Shown here: one piece after another, positions 40,787 to 51,430 of the stretch
How the letters are laid out: the number at the start of each line of letters is the position of its first letter
How positions within the stretch are numbered: the stretch's first letter is position 1
Source of the DNA: Acidobacteriota bacterium
GTDB lineage: Bacteria; Acidobacteriota; UBA890; WLXD01
DNA length: 64,000 nucleotides
Direction of reading: 5' to 3'
Assembly: GCA_963666055.2 (NCBI GenBank)
Contig: CAXWPH010000013.1
Location: 1-64,000, forward strand
Notes under the pieces: generated by a model
Database searches by the model: none
What the model saw: the letters and a program-made list of their open reading frames with translations, nothing else
Told to the model about the DNA's origin: nothing
Made by a program: the position numbers and the translations under genes

Positions 40787-42712
40787 CTAGGTCTTCGCCG
40801 ACAAAAGCTCACTCACGGCGCGGTGAGCCTGACCGATGGCGATCTCCGTCATGGCCCGTGCGCCGGTGTCGGAGTTGGCGATGGCGATCCGGCCACGAGG
40901 ATGCCGGGCGGTGACCCACGGGGCACGCTCGGGCGGCACCTCATCGGGCCTCCACGCGATCTGACCCGTCTTCGGATCGAGGCCTTTGGCATAGCCGTGC
41001 GGCCAGCGGTTCACCGTGATGGCCTCGATGTCGCGCGCCGGGTCGAAGCCTCCGGCGGACAGTATCCGGCCGAGCTGGTCCCTGATCTTGCGCTCGAAGG
41101 TCGCGAACGTCGTCGCCAACAGACCATGGCGGGCTGCCTTCCACTGCTCAGCCACGGACCGCCCGCGGGCCTCCGGTACGAGGGGAACGCGCCACATGCG
41201 CACGACGATGGGCTCCTCGGGCGTGCTCGCGTGTCGGTAGTTGCCGATGCTGATGGGTGGCGGCACATTCACGTTCTCGAAATAACTCCCCGGGCAGCGC
41301 ACCCTGCTCACACCGAGCCTGGCGAAGGCGGTCCAGTTGCGGATCAGGACGTTGGTGTAGACAAGGGGCGACTTGAGTGCGTTCGATAGCGCCCGTTTTT
41401 GAGTATCCGGCAGTTCCTCGCAAATCAAAGGGATCACGGCGTTGTAACAGGCGAGCACGCAACGACCGGCGCGAACGCGCCGGGCGTGGCCGTCGCGGAC
41501 GTAGGTGACCTCGACCTCCTTGGCGGTTCGTCGATCGCCACGGTGAGCTACCCGCACCGCTGTGCTCTCCAGACGCACGCGGACAGCCGAGCCCTCCCGA
41601 TCGAGCTTGCCGTAGTCGAACGGAGCGTCGACGACGTCCTCCATCGTGCTGCCGGGAGCGACCTCTGGGATCAGCGACCGGACGATCAGACGCGCGATTG
41701 ACGCGTTGCCATCCGGAAACTGGAAGAAAGCACGCTCCTCGGCGGTATCATCGGCACCATCATCGTCCTCGCCGAGCCCCAGCCCGGTGGTCCCAGGCCA
41801 GCTGCCGGCGCCGAGCCAGGTGGGGACGCCATCGAGGCCGATAGTCCAACCGCCGGAGGTCTCGAGGAAGGAGATTGCCTCGCGACCTACCTTGGCCACC
41901 TTCAAGAGAAAGTCTTCGTAGCTCGTGTTGCGAAGAAACTCGACCTTTTCCTCCAAGCTGAGGTGCGCCAGGTAATCGATGTTCGGCTCGTGGAGTCTTA
42001 CAAGGTCATCGCGTGCCGTTTCGGACAGGGGCGCGCGCGCCAGGAACTCGCGCCAAGAGGGCTCGCCTTCGCCTACTAGCAGCCGATCGGTGCCGAACGT
42101 TTCGCGGTCGAAGAAAACCGATCCGCGCATACCGAGCGAGCTGTACAGATCGCTATCGACGAATTCGGAGTAACGGCTTACGTCGATGCCAATCCCGCGG
42201 ATCAGGCGCTGGGCTCCTTCACCGTACTCGTTCAGGTTGGAGATAAAGATCGTGCCGCCATGTGACAGGAACATCCGACCGTCGAGCCGGAACTCGTTGC
42301 GCTTGGCATGACCGCCGAAGTCGTCGTGATTATCGAGAATCAAGATGCGGGCGCCGGGAACAGCTTCTTGGTAGAACCACGCCGCCGCGAGGCCGCTGAG
42401 GCCACCGCCAACCACGACCAGATCATAGAGCTCACCCGTCTCCTCCGCGTTGTCCCAGCGCATGCCTTCGACAAGCTGGTGGGCAACCTCGTAGGAGCCG
42501 TCGTGGCTGCCGCGCATACCAGTGCGGATGGGTGGATACGTGTCGGCGAGGGCCTGTGAGACCCCTCCCGGAGCCTCAGGGCTCGCCAAGGCGTTCGTCT
42601 GCGCCCATGGGAACGTGAGGCTGCCGCTCAGCGCAACGCTGACACCGGCGACGAAGTCGCGACGGGTAATCTCCCGGTGCATCCCGAGATCACGATCATC
42701 ACTGCTGGACAC
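40787..42712 (-). CDS. Tat-exported FAD oxidoreductase, spermidine dehydrogenase (SpdH)-like
   Basis: 'ITRRDF', 'GMRGSHDGS', 'LDNHDDFGGHAKRNEF', 'FPDGNAS', 'NRWPHGYA'. Confidence 0.85.
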   Translation of the reverse strand: MSSSDDRDLGMHREITRRDFVAGVSVALSGSLTFPWAQTNALASPEAPGGVSQALADTYPPIRTGMRGSHDGSYEVAHQLVEGMRWDNAEETGELYDLVVVGGGLSGLAAAWFYQEAVPGARILILDNHDDFGGHAKRNEFRLDGRMFLSHGGTIFISNLNEYGEGAQRLIRGIGIDVSRYSEFVDSDLYSSLGMRGSVFFDRETFGTDRLLVGEGEPSWREFLARAPLSETARDDLVRLHEPNIDYLAHLSLEEKVEFLRNTSYEDFLLKVAKVGREAISFLETSGGWTIGLDGVPTWLGAGSWPGTTGLGLGEDDDGADDTAEERAFFQFPDGNASIARLIVRSLIPEVAPGSTMEDVVDAPFDYGKLDREGSAVRVRLESTAVRVAHRGDRRTAKEVEVTYVRDGHARRVRAGRCVLACYNAVIPLICEELPDTQKRALSNALKSPLVYTNVLIRNWTAFARLGVSRVRCPGSYFENVNVPPPISIGNYRHASTPEEPIVVRMWRVPLVPEARGRSVAEQWKAARHGLLATTFATFERKIRDQLGRILSAGGFDPARDIEAITVNRWPHGYAKGLDPKTGQIAWRPDEVPPERAPWVTARHPRGRIAIANSDTGARAMTEIAIGQAHRAVSELLSAKT

Positions 42713-43012
42713 AGGTCCTCCGGATTCTTTGACGCCGTAGCTGCGCGGAACGTCGGTTCTCGAGTCCCTACCGATTCCTCTCGTGTCCAAGCTCTACCGT
42801 TCCGGAGCCTACTGCCCAGCTGGGCTGAGCGCCACGGCACGTCGGAGGGAAATCCGCCGACTGTGTCACGTGTCCGGTGCACCTCGCCCATCCCGCCGGG
42901 TCCGACAACCTCTTGTCAGCATCGACTCTATGAGTTACGAAGTGGCCCAAACACTCGGCGCAGGGCAAGGTCAAACTTCATTGCCAGTCCTGCCCCACAC
43001 GTGGAGGAAGCC

Positions 43013-44044
43013 ATGAGACGTACCGCTCCTCTGATCCTGACCCTCGCCCTGTTTGGCTGCGGTTCACCCGCTCCCGAGCCTGCGGGTGAGGATCCGGTGA
43101 CTGCACCTGACGCTGAGGTCGAGATCACGGAATGGCTGGTTCCGTGGGAGGGCACGACTCCTCGAGATCCGTACGTGGGCCCGCAGAACCATGTTTGGTT
43201 CGTTGGGCAGGGAGGAGACTACATCGCATCTTTCGACCCAACGACTGGCGAGTTCACCCGCTTCGACCTGGATCCTGGAACCGGCCCGCACAACCTGATC
43301 GTGGATGATGACGGCAGCGTCTGGTACGCGGGAAATGCAGCCGCCCATATCGGCAAGCTAAATCCGGAGAGCGGAGAGATCACCAAGCTCCCCATGCCAG
43401 ATCCGGCAGCGGGGGATCCGCACACGCTCGTGTTCGACCAGAATGGCGACATATGGTTTACGGTGCAGGCGGGGAACTTCGTCGGCAAGCTGTCGCCTCG
43501 GTCTGGCGAGATTCAGTTGATCTCTGTGCCGACAGAAGGTGCGCGTCCGTACGGCATTGTCATCGACTCCAACAACCGGCCGTGGATCGTCGAATTCGGC
43601 GTCAACAAGATTGCGACTGTTGATCCCGACACGATGGCACTTGAGGAGATAACGCTGCCCCGCCCGGAGACCCGGCCTCGCCGACTCGCAGTAACCTCAG
43701 ACGACAAGATCTGGTACGTCGACTACGGTCAAGGATTCCTTGGTCGGCTCGATGGTGTCACCCACGAAATCGAAGAATGGCCAGTGCCTGCCGGGAGCGG
43801 CGCCCTGGCGTATGGCATGGCGGTAGATGATCGCGACCGCCTTTGGTTCGTGGAGAGCGGTCCGCAGCCAAATCGATTGGTTGGATTCGACCCGGCTACG
43901 TCGGAGTTCTTCAGCATCACCGAGATTGAAAGCGGTGGTGGGACGGTGCGTCACATGTACTTCGATGAACGAAGTCGAGAGATCTGGTTTGGGACCGACA
44001 CCAACTACATCGGCAGAGCCCGGCTTAAGGCACTGTCAACTTAA
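43013..44044 (+). CDS. Virginiamycin B lyase (Vgb)-like beta-propeller lipoprotein
   Basis: Lipobox LFGC; repeats 'GPHNL', 'DPHTL', 'RPYGI', 'RPRRL'. Confidence 0.8.
   Translation: MRRTAPLILTLALFGCGSPAPEPAGEDPVTAPDAEVEITEWLVPWEGTTPRDPYVGPQNHVWFVGQGGDYIASFDPTTGEFTRFDLDPGTGPHNLIVDDDGSVWYAGNAAAHIGKLNPESGEITKLPMPDPAAGDPHTLVFDQNGDIWFTVQAGNFVGKLSPRSGEIQLISVPTEGARPYGIVIDSNNRPWIVEFGVNKIATVDPDTMALEEITLPRPETRPRRLAVTSDDKIWYVDYGQGFLGRLDGVTHEIEEWPVPAGSGALAYGMAVDDRDRLWFVESGPQPNRLVGFDPATSEFFSITEIESGGGTVRHMYFDERSREIWFGTDTNYIGRARLKALST
44029..44044. mobile_element. Solitary IS6-type terminal inverted repeat
   Basis: GGCACTGTCAACTTAA resembles the GGCATTGTCAAGTTAA end at 20822. Confidence 0.55.
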
Positions 44045-44333
44045 CCGCCCGAGCCTGTGGAGCTCTCACCGACGAGCGACACGTATCCCCGAGGCCCGGG
44101 ACTGGGTCTCCCTGGTACACGAACAGCTCGATCCGGCCCGGTACCGCCCCCGGGATCTCGTGTACGAGGGAGAAGCTCGGGGACAACTGGAGGCCGGGGG
44201 CCTAGGCGGATAGCCGCTCCCGGAGTTGCCGGATCATCGTCATCGTCGTCACAGCGTCACTGCCCTAGACGCGTCCGGGTACCCCGGGTCCCGTGCAGCG
44301 GCGGTCGCGCGCTCGGGAATCAGGCTGGGGCCG

Positions 44334-44393
44334 CTACGGGTCCGTCGGCACGAGCCGCTTTAGCTCGTCGAACCAGTTGGTGATCAGCGTCAG
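44334..44393 (-). repeat. Orphan kinase 3' tail ([18 protein letters not shown])
   Basis: Near-identical to 45145-45202 and the tail at 55930. Confidence 0.9.
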
Positions 44394-44559
44394 GGGCAGA
44401 AGGGCCCATTCGCTGTACGTGACGGAGCAGACTCTCGACTGCCGGTTGTACCTGATGCTGCGCCCCTTCCTCGTGTCGATCCCCGGTTTGGCCTACGATC
44501 AGCGGCATCCCACGGTGACAGACACGGGCCCCGCTGCCCATTGTGTGAGGAGTGCCGCG

Positions 44560-45060
44560 ATGAAACTCATGGGGCGAATTGTATTGACGCTGGTGGTGCT
44601 GCTCGTTGGGCCCATGTCAGCGGTCAGTGATGAGGCGTCCATCCAGGTGGCCGACTCGGTCGAAGCGGTTCGGCAGATGTTCGTGGGCAATTACGAGCTC
44701 GTAGAATACGAGTCGTTTCCGTCGCCTGGCGAGGTCGTTGCGCGGCACTATGTCGCTCGGATCATGTACGACGCCTACGGCAACATGGCGGCAATCGGCA
44801 TGCCGAAAGACCTGCCAGAGCTCGACCGAGCGTCGGACGACGAACGGGCACGACGTGGCTTTGCCTATTTCGGCAAGTTCCAGATCAACATCGAGGAAGG
44901 CACCGTCACCCACCACTTGATCGGCTCGCCAGTAGCGGCGCGATCGGTGGGCGAGGGCTGGGTGCGGTATTACGAGTTCGACGGCGACCTGCTGACGCTG
45001 TCCATCAAGAACGCTGAGGGTCGCATCACCGGCCAGCTAACATGGAAGAAGTTTGGATAG
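44560..45060 (+). CDS. Secreted lipocalin-like domain protein
   Basis: 'FVGNYELV', 'IMYDAYGNM', 'FAYFGKF', 'LTWKK'; signal peptide. Confidence 0.75.
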   Translation: MKLMGRIVLTLVVLLVGPMSAVSDEASIQVADSVEAVRQMFVGNYELVEYESFPSPGEVVARHYVARIMYDAYGNMAAIGMPKDLPELDRASDDERARRGFAYFGKFQINIEEGTVTHHLIGSPVAARSVGEGWVRYYEFDGDLLTLSIKNAEGRITGQLTWKKFG

Positions 45061-45144
45061 GGCGGAGCCTAGGTGATCGTTCCTGGCGCTACGGACGAGC
45101 GGAATCGAAGGTCGCTAGGCGGCTCGCGAGACTCGGCTACGACC

Positions 45145-45202
45145 CTACGGGTCCGTCGGCACGAGCCGCTTCAGCTCGTCGAACCAGTTGGTGATCAGAA
45201 CC
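45145..45202 (-). repeat. Orphan kinase 3' tail ([18 protein letters not shown])
   Basis: Direct repeat of the tails at 44334 and 45837. Confidence 0.9.
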
Positions 45203-45319
45203 ACATCGGTCTTCAGTCGAGACAGGTGTGGAGATACACCGGCCCCTCAACTCCAACGGGGTGCCGACGCGCCGCCACCTCGCCCCTCCTGAGGGACACG
45301 GGTTCGCCGAGCTACGCCA

Positions 45320-45655
45320 TCAGGCGGCGGGCATGATCCTGGCCTTGAGCTGCATCAGCACCAACGCGACAGCCATCCCCTGGACGCCGGTCGCAACGCC
45401 GTCGAGAACTGAATTGACCCACGGACCGACAACAGCGATGGCGTCCAGACTGTCGGAAAAGACCGGGAGTGTCACCGCAACGACGTAGATCACCGTCCGT
45501 TGGTTGACATCAGCGTTGTCGCTGCCCATGAAACCCGCAACCAAACCGAGGACGACGAGGGCGAGTCCGGCGTACGGGACCGCTTCGGCAATGGCCGGGA
45601 CGGTTCCCAGGATCGCGACGACTACGATTAGGGCGATGAGGACACGTTCGGGCAT
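45320..45655 (-). CDS. Small four-TM membrane protein, copy 2
   Basis: Close paralog of 21828-22163. Confidence 0.8.
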   Translation of the reverse strand: MPERVLIALIVVVAILGTVPAIAEAVPYAGLALVVLGLVAGFMGSDNADVNQRTVIYVVAVTLPVFSDSLDAIAVVGPWVNSVLDGVATGVQGMAVALVLMQLKARIMPAA

Positions 45656-45836
45656 TCTGACGCTCCTTTCAGCTGCGCTTCCGCGACCAACGCGAAGACG
45701 CGGACTTCGAAACGCCACCAGCGAGCCAAGGGGAGCCGGCGACACAGGCGCACTGAAGCCGAAACGCAGCGCTTTTACAACCGTCGAGCGCTGTTTTGAA
45801 CTCGATGCCGCGTGGTGGATCGCGAGGCTGACGGCG

Positions 45837-48560
45837 CTACCGGTCCGTCGGCACGAGCCGCTTCAGCTCCTCGAACCAGTTGGTGACCAGCGTCACATGG
45901 CCGCTGCCGGTCTGGCTCTGGCCGGCGTCGGGGAACATCACGAATTGCTGACCGTCGCCCGTCACGTCGTAGTCGGCATAACAACATCCACTGTTGATAG
46001 TCATTCCGTCTGGCCCGCCAAGAAAACTCCCCTCGAAAAGCTGCTCGGCTCTGCTGTAGGTGAAGGAATCACCTTCCGTCTCTACAGCAACCACCATGAT
46101 CCCTGTATCGGTGCGGTAGAACAGCTCCCGACCGTCGGCTGACCATCTGGGCTGGCCGCCACCGCTGCTGGAGAGCTGCCACTTGCCCGGTCCAGGAGGA
46201 TAGGGCCGGACATAGACTTCATTGCTTCCCGACTCGTAGGAGTCGTAAGCGATCCAGCGACCGTCCGGTGAGAAAGCCGACCACGCGTCGGTAGCATCGG
46301 TATTCACAAAGACCTCCGGCTCCCGATCCTCCTCAAGCGGCAACACCAAAATGTCCCAGCCGGTCGTCTGTGGGTGATTCTCGCCGTATACGAGAAACCT
46401 GCCATCCGCAGACCACGAATACAGCCACTGTCCCCTGTCGCTCTCTGTCAGCCGCTCCACAGTTCCCGATCCGTCGGCACGAGTCCGATAGATGTTCGTC
46501 GCTCCGTCGCGGTTCGACATGAATGCGAGAAACTGCCCGTCCGGTGACCAAACAGGTTCGTCGTCGTTCGCTTCATCAAACGTCAGCCTTGTCGGCACAC
46601 CCCGCTGGATGTCATAGATCCATACGTCAGCGTTTTCGTTGACCAAGGCGCGCACGGCTAGCCGTGTGCCGCCCGGCGACAACCGAGGAGAACTGTAGGA
46701 GCCAGGCTCATCCCACAGCGGTGTCGCGTTGCCCTGCCGGTCTACCCATGCGACGGGATATGCCTCCTGAAGAACGGCCTCGCTCAGATACGCCAGCATT
46801 CCTGTACTTGAGAAGCTGAACTGTGCGACAACCCCCCCCCAACCAAAGGTGGCAAGCCCCTGCACGATGGGTACCGGCTAGCCCTTCACCTCCAGCTCTC
46901 CCAGATCAAACGCGACAGCAAACAGGGTTCCCTGGTTGTGATAGACGAGATGCCCCGTAGGTACGTAACGTCCTTGTCCGCCTTGCTGCACGACCCGTCG
47001 TTGTCTCGTCTCTAGATCCAGCACTTCGATGGCAGACGAATACGCTCCTGGCTCCCCGGCCAAGGAGGAGAACAGCACCGACTTGCCGTCAGGCAGCACC
47101 TGCGGGTCGTTGTGCCAGAGTTCCCCTTGATCGAGTTGAGTCAATGGTTCCGGTTCTCCCCCGCTGGCGGACACGCGGGAGAGGCCGGAGAAGGAGCCGA
47201 TGATGATCGTGTCGTCCGCCCCCCAGCTTCCCGTCAGGGTGCCAGAACCGAAGGAACTGATAGTCAGGGGGGTGCCGCCTATGACGGGGACTATCTTCAG
47301 TTCCGCGCCGCTGAAAAAACCTATCCACTGGCCGTCCGGTGAGAAGAATGGTGCCAATACAGAGCCAGAGACCAAGCGAACGCCCGCTAGCTGATCGAGC
47401 GAGCGAACGTATAGCTCCCTTCGGTCTACTCCGATACCCACGATGTAGACGATCTGTGTGCCATCCGGCGATAGGACAACTCCCTCAGAAGCCAAGCTAA
47501 GATCATCATCGGCCAGCCTCACCTCCAGGTGCATGGGGGACGCAGGTGGCTGATGATTGTGATCTGTCAGGGTCCACGTCAAAAAGGTTGCCGCTGCGGC
47601 GATGGCGACGCCGAGACCGGCTGCCACAGGCATGGGGACGTAACGCCACCAAGACGGCTTTGCAGCCTCACCCGAGCCAACCGTCAGACCGAGGCCACCA
47701 TCTAGGTCGTTGATGACGTAGACGATGCCGATTCGCGCATCAGCGATGTCGTGAAGACGGTCACGCGGTTCCTTCGTAAGACACCGGTCGAGAAGTCGTC
47801 GTAATGCTCTCGGGGTAGCCGCCGGGAGCACTGCCCAGTCCGGCTCCGCCCTGAGAATCGCCGCCATGGTGTCGCTGACTGTCTTACCGTCGAAGGCGCG
47901 CTTGCCCACCAGCATCTCGTACAGCACGCAGCCGAACGACCAGATATCGCTACGCTTATCGACGGGCTCCCCCCGTGCCTGCTCCGGGCTCATGTAGGGA
48001 GCCGTGCCCATGATCACGCCGGTGCCTGTGGCGGCCATCATCGTGGGCGACTGGCTAAGGCCGGACGACGGCTCACTGCCTGCCGCTTCGTAGGCTTTGG
48101 CCAGCCCGAAGTCGAGCACCTTGACGGTGCCATCGGGTGCAACCTGGACGTTGGCGGGCTTCAAATCACGATGGATGACACCAGCCTCGTGAGCGGCTTC
48201 CAGTGCCAGGGCGATCCGTCGGGCGATCTCCAGTGCCTCATCTACGCCGATGCGGCCACTGGACTTGATGCGATCCGCGAGGTTGTCGCCCTCCACCAAC
48301 TCCATGGCGATGAACCGAACACCGTCCGATTCCTCGAAGCCGAAGATCGTGGCGATGTTGGGGTGGTTCAGTGAGGCGAGCAGCTTGGCTTCGCGCTCGA
48401 ACCGGGCTAGTCGGTTGGCGTCGCTAGCAAAGTCCTCCGGCAGCACCTTGATGGCGACATCACGATCCAGCGTCGTATCGCGTGCTCGATACACCTGCCC
48501 CATGCCGCCTTCACCGAGCGGGGCGAGGATCTCGTAGTGCCCGAGCGTCTTGCCGATCAT
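45837..48560 (-). pseudogene. Ser/Thr kinase-TM-beta-propeller, type B copy 2, one in-frame TAG at 46878-46880
   Basis: ORFs 46878-48560 and 45837-46865 share a frame (EVKG*PVPIVQG); ends [14 protein letters not shown]. Confidence 0.88.
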
Positions 48561-51259
48561 CAGGAGCCGCCCGTGGGCACTAGCCGGTTCAATTCCTCAA
48601 ACCAGTTGAGCACAACGTTGAGTCGTGTGCTGGGTGCCGCGCCCCCGGTCTCATCACTACCAGCGGGCACCGTCACGAGGAACCTCTGGCCATCGGCGGT
48701 GACATCGAAGTTGGACAGGGCCTGCATGACGATGTCCGAGACTTCGACAGGGTCGGATGCGGAAAACGACTCCAAATCCACTTCCGCAACGAGGATGCCT
48801 GGGCTGTTCCAGGATTCGTAGTAAATCTCCCTTCCATCCCGCGACCAGCGAGGCCACCAACCACCACGGGTACTCGTAGAGACCGGAAATGTCCGACCGC
48901 TCGATACCTCCCGCACGTACACCTCGAATTGCCCGGTCTCGTCGGAATGAAAGGCGAAGAAGCGACCGTCCGGCGAGAAACTGGCCCAAAACTCACTGGC
49001 GGCGGTATCGACGTGTATTTCCGTATCACCTGTATCGAGAGCCAGTATCCCCAGGTCGATCTGATTTTCGGGCCCGCTGCCAAACAGCAGCATCTCACCG
49101 TCGTCCGAGATCGATATCGGGTACACGTCAGCCTCTGTATCCAACACCAGCTCGGCGTCGAGACTCCGGTCAGCCCGGCGCTTGAAGATGTCGTTGTTGC
49201 CGCCCCGATCCGACCTGAAGAAGACCCACTGTCCATCGGGCGACCAAACGGGCACTTCGTTGTTGCCCTCCGTGTTCAGCAGCACCTGGCTGCCCCCTCG
49301 TTCGATCTCGTAGATCCAGATGTCCCAGTCCCCATCATTTCCCTGGATTTGGAGCGCGATGCGCTGGTCATCCGGCGAGAGGCCCAAGTACTGAGACCGA
49401 CGGGGCTCGAAGGGCAGCGGCTCGACTTGGCCGTCACGATCCACCCAGACGAGTAGGGAACTGCCCGAAGCGCCGCCATTCCTCATGTGATAGACGAGCA
49501 TCCCGGTCTCGGAGAAGTCGAACGAGACCCCGCCTTCAACGTCGGCGGCGAGGTTCTCGACCACGGGTATCGGCGAGCCGGTCGTCTCCAGGGTATCGAG
49601 GTCGAAGGGCACCGCGAACAACGCTCCGGCGTTTGAATACACCAGATGGCCCGTTGGCACGTATCGGCCGTAGGTGCCGCCCTGGTGCACGACCTGGCGC
49701 TCGCCGGTCTCGAGATCTACGACCTCGAGGTTGGCCCTGTCGAAACCTCCGGTCTCGGTCGAAGTGAATAGCACTGCCTTTCCGCCGGGTAAGAACTGGG
49801 GCCAGCGGTGGCTGCGCTCGCCCTCTGAAAGCTCGGTGAGCAGTCCCGGCTCACCTTCGACAGCCGACACGAGAAACAGGCCGCTGTTGACGTTGGGTGT
49901 GAAGACGATCGTATCGTCGGGCCCCCAATCCGCACCTCGGCTCCTGTCCACCGGCGCGATCGACTGCGGGGTGCCTCCAGTTACGGACGCCTTTTTCAGC
50001 TCCGAAATGGTGACGAACCCTACCCACTGCCCGTCGGGCGAGAAGAAGGGATGGTACGGCGCACCCAGGATGGTTGCCGAGGACGCGAGTGTCGTCGAGT
50101 CCTGCTGGTCGAGAGCGCGAAGGTACAGCGTGCTTCCACCGTCCGGGTCACCCTCGACGTAGGCAACGCGCCGTCCATCGGGCGATAGCACGACTGCGGA
50201 GCCGGGCCCACTCAGGATCGTGTCGACGAGGGGGTCGAGCTGCAGGCGGATGGTGTTTCCGGGCTCCGGTTGCATTGCCCACCAGGTGGCAAGAACCGCC
50301 AGAAGGGCGCTGGCCACAGCTATCGGGACGCCCAGCTTCCACGAGATGCCGCGTGTCGTTTCCACGGCGACAGGGGGTGTCGGAAGCGCCGCTCCTGACT
50401 CCACGTCTGTACCGAGCGCCTGTATGTCGACGACCAGATCGCCGGCTGTCTGGTAACGCTTGGCCGGCTCCTTCGCGAGTGCCTTGCGGACGATCCTCTG
50501 CAACTCTATCGGCAACGACCGGTCGATCTCCCCAATCGCTGGCGGCTCATCGGACAGGATGTGCGCCAAGGTCTCGTGGACGTTCTTCCCGCCGAATGCC
50601 TGCCTGCCCGTGACCATCTCATAGAGCAAACAGCCGAAGGCGAACAGGTCGGCTCGATGGTCGATCTTGTCGGAGCCTTCCACCTGCTCTGGGGCCATGT
50701 AGCCGGCGGTGCCCATCACCTGACCGGCCACCGTGCCCATCATCGTGGGTGATTGAGTTGCACCGCCCGGTGAGCCTGCCGCCACCTCGGTCAGCTTCGC
50801 CAGGCCGAAGTCCAGCACCTTGGCGTGGCCCTCCTTGGTGACGAAGATGTTCTCCGGCTTCAGATCCCGGTGGATGATGCCGGCGGCGTGAGCAGCAGCC
50901 AGCGCCTCGGCGATCTCGGTGGCTAATCCGAGCGCCTTCTTGAGCGGCAGCGCACCCTTGCCCAGCGGCTCCCGAAGTGTGTCTCCCTCCAGGTACTCCT
51001 GCACCATGAAGTGGGTGTCGCCTTCGGTGCCGATATCGTGAACGACCGCGATGTGCGGGTGGTTCAGCGCGGCGGCAGCGCGGGCCTCCTGCTCGAAGCG
51101 GGCCAGGCGCTCGGGGTCAGAGGCGAACTCGGCGGGCAGCACCTTGATGGCTACCTTGCGACCCAGGCGGGTGTCCTGGGCCAGGTACACCTCTCCCATG
51201 CCGCCCGCACCGAGCTGCTCGGTGATCTCGTAGGGGCCTAGTTTGGTGCCGGGTTCCAT
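48560..51259 (-). CDS. Hanks-type Ser/Thr kinase-TM-PD40 beta-propeller, type A copy 2
   Basis: All catalytic motifs, TM and SPDG repeats present; ends [15 protein letters not shown]. Confidence 0.93.
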   Translation of the reverse strand: MEPGTKLGPYEITEQLGAGGMGEVYLAQDTRLGRKVAIKVLPAEFASDPERLARFEQEARAAAALNHPHIAVVHDIGTEGDTHFMVQEYLEGDTLREPLGKGALPLKKALGLATEIAEALAAAHAAGIIHRDLKPENIFVTKEGHAKVLDFGLAKLTEVAAGSPGGATQSPTMMGTVAGQVMGTAGYMAPEQVEGSDKIDHRADLFAFGCLLYEMVTGRQAFGGKNVHETLAHILSDEPPAIGEIDRSLPIELQRIVRKALAKEPAKRYQTAGDLVVDIQALGTDVESGAALPTPPVAVETTRGISWKLGVPIAVASALLAVLATWWAMQPEPGNTIRLQLDPLVDTILSGPGSAVVLSPDGRRVAYVEGDPDGGSTLYLRALDQQDSTTLASSATILGAPYHPFFSPDGQWVGFVTISELKKASVTGGTPQSIAPVDRSRGADWGPDDTIVFTPNVNSGLFLVSAVEGEPGLLTELSEGERSHRWPQFLPGGKAVLFTSTETGGFDRANLEVVDLETGERQVVHQGGTYGRYVPTGHLVYSNAGALFAVPFDLDTLETTGSPIPVVENLAADVEGGVSFDFSETGMLVYHMRNGGASGSSLLVWVDRDGQVEPLPFEPRRSQYLGLSPDDQRIALQIQGNDGDWDIWIYEIERGGSQVLLNTEGNNEVPVWSPDGQWVFFRSDRGGNNDIFKRRADRSLDAELVLDTEADVYPISISDDGEMLLFGSGPENQIDLGILALDTGDTEIHVDTAASEFWASFSPDGRFFAFHSDETGQFEVYVREVSSGRTFPVSTSTRGGWWPRWSRDGREIYYESWNSPGILVAEVDLESFSASDPVEVSDIVMQALSNFDVTADGQRFLVTVPAGSDETGGAAPSTRLNVVLNWFEELNRLVPTGGS

Positions 51260-51430
51260 GGCGCTTCCGATGCGGGGTAGGGGAGTGCCTGAAGCCTATC
51301 TCTGGGGCAGTCGAGGGTCCACGGGGCAGGCAGGATGGCACCTGCTCTCAGACGACCTCCATGCCCACGCCAGGGGGCGGGGGTATCAGGAATCCCGCCG
51401 GTCGGTAACCCGCTCAGAGACGACCCTGAG

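Noticed and set aside
46878-46880. Amber readthrough or pyrrolysine at the in-frame TAG in kinase B2 (also TAGs in the IS6 and gp10-like remnants)
   Set aside because: TAG is the normal stop of many genes here, MttB has no amber codon, and no pyl genes are in view. A point mutation or base error from TCG is simpler.
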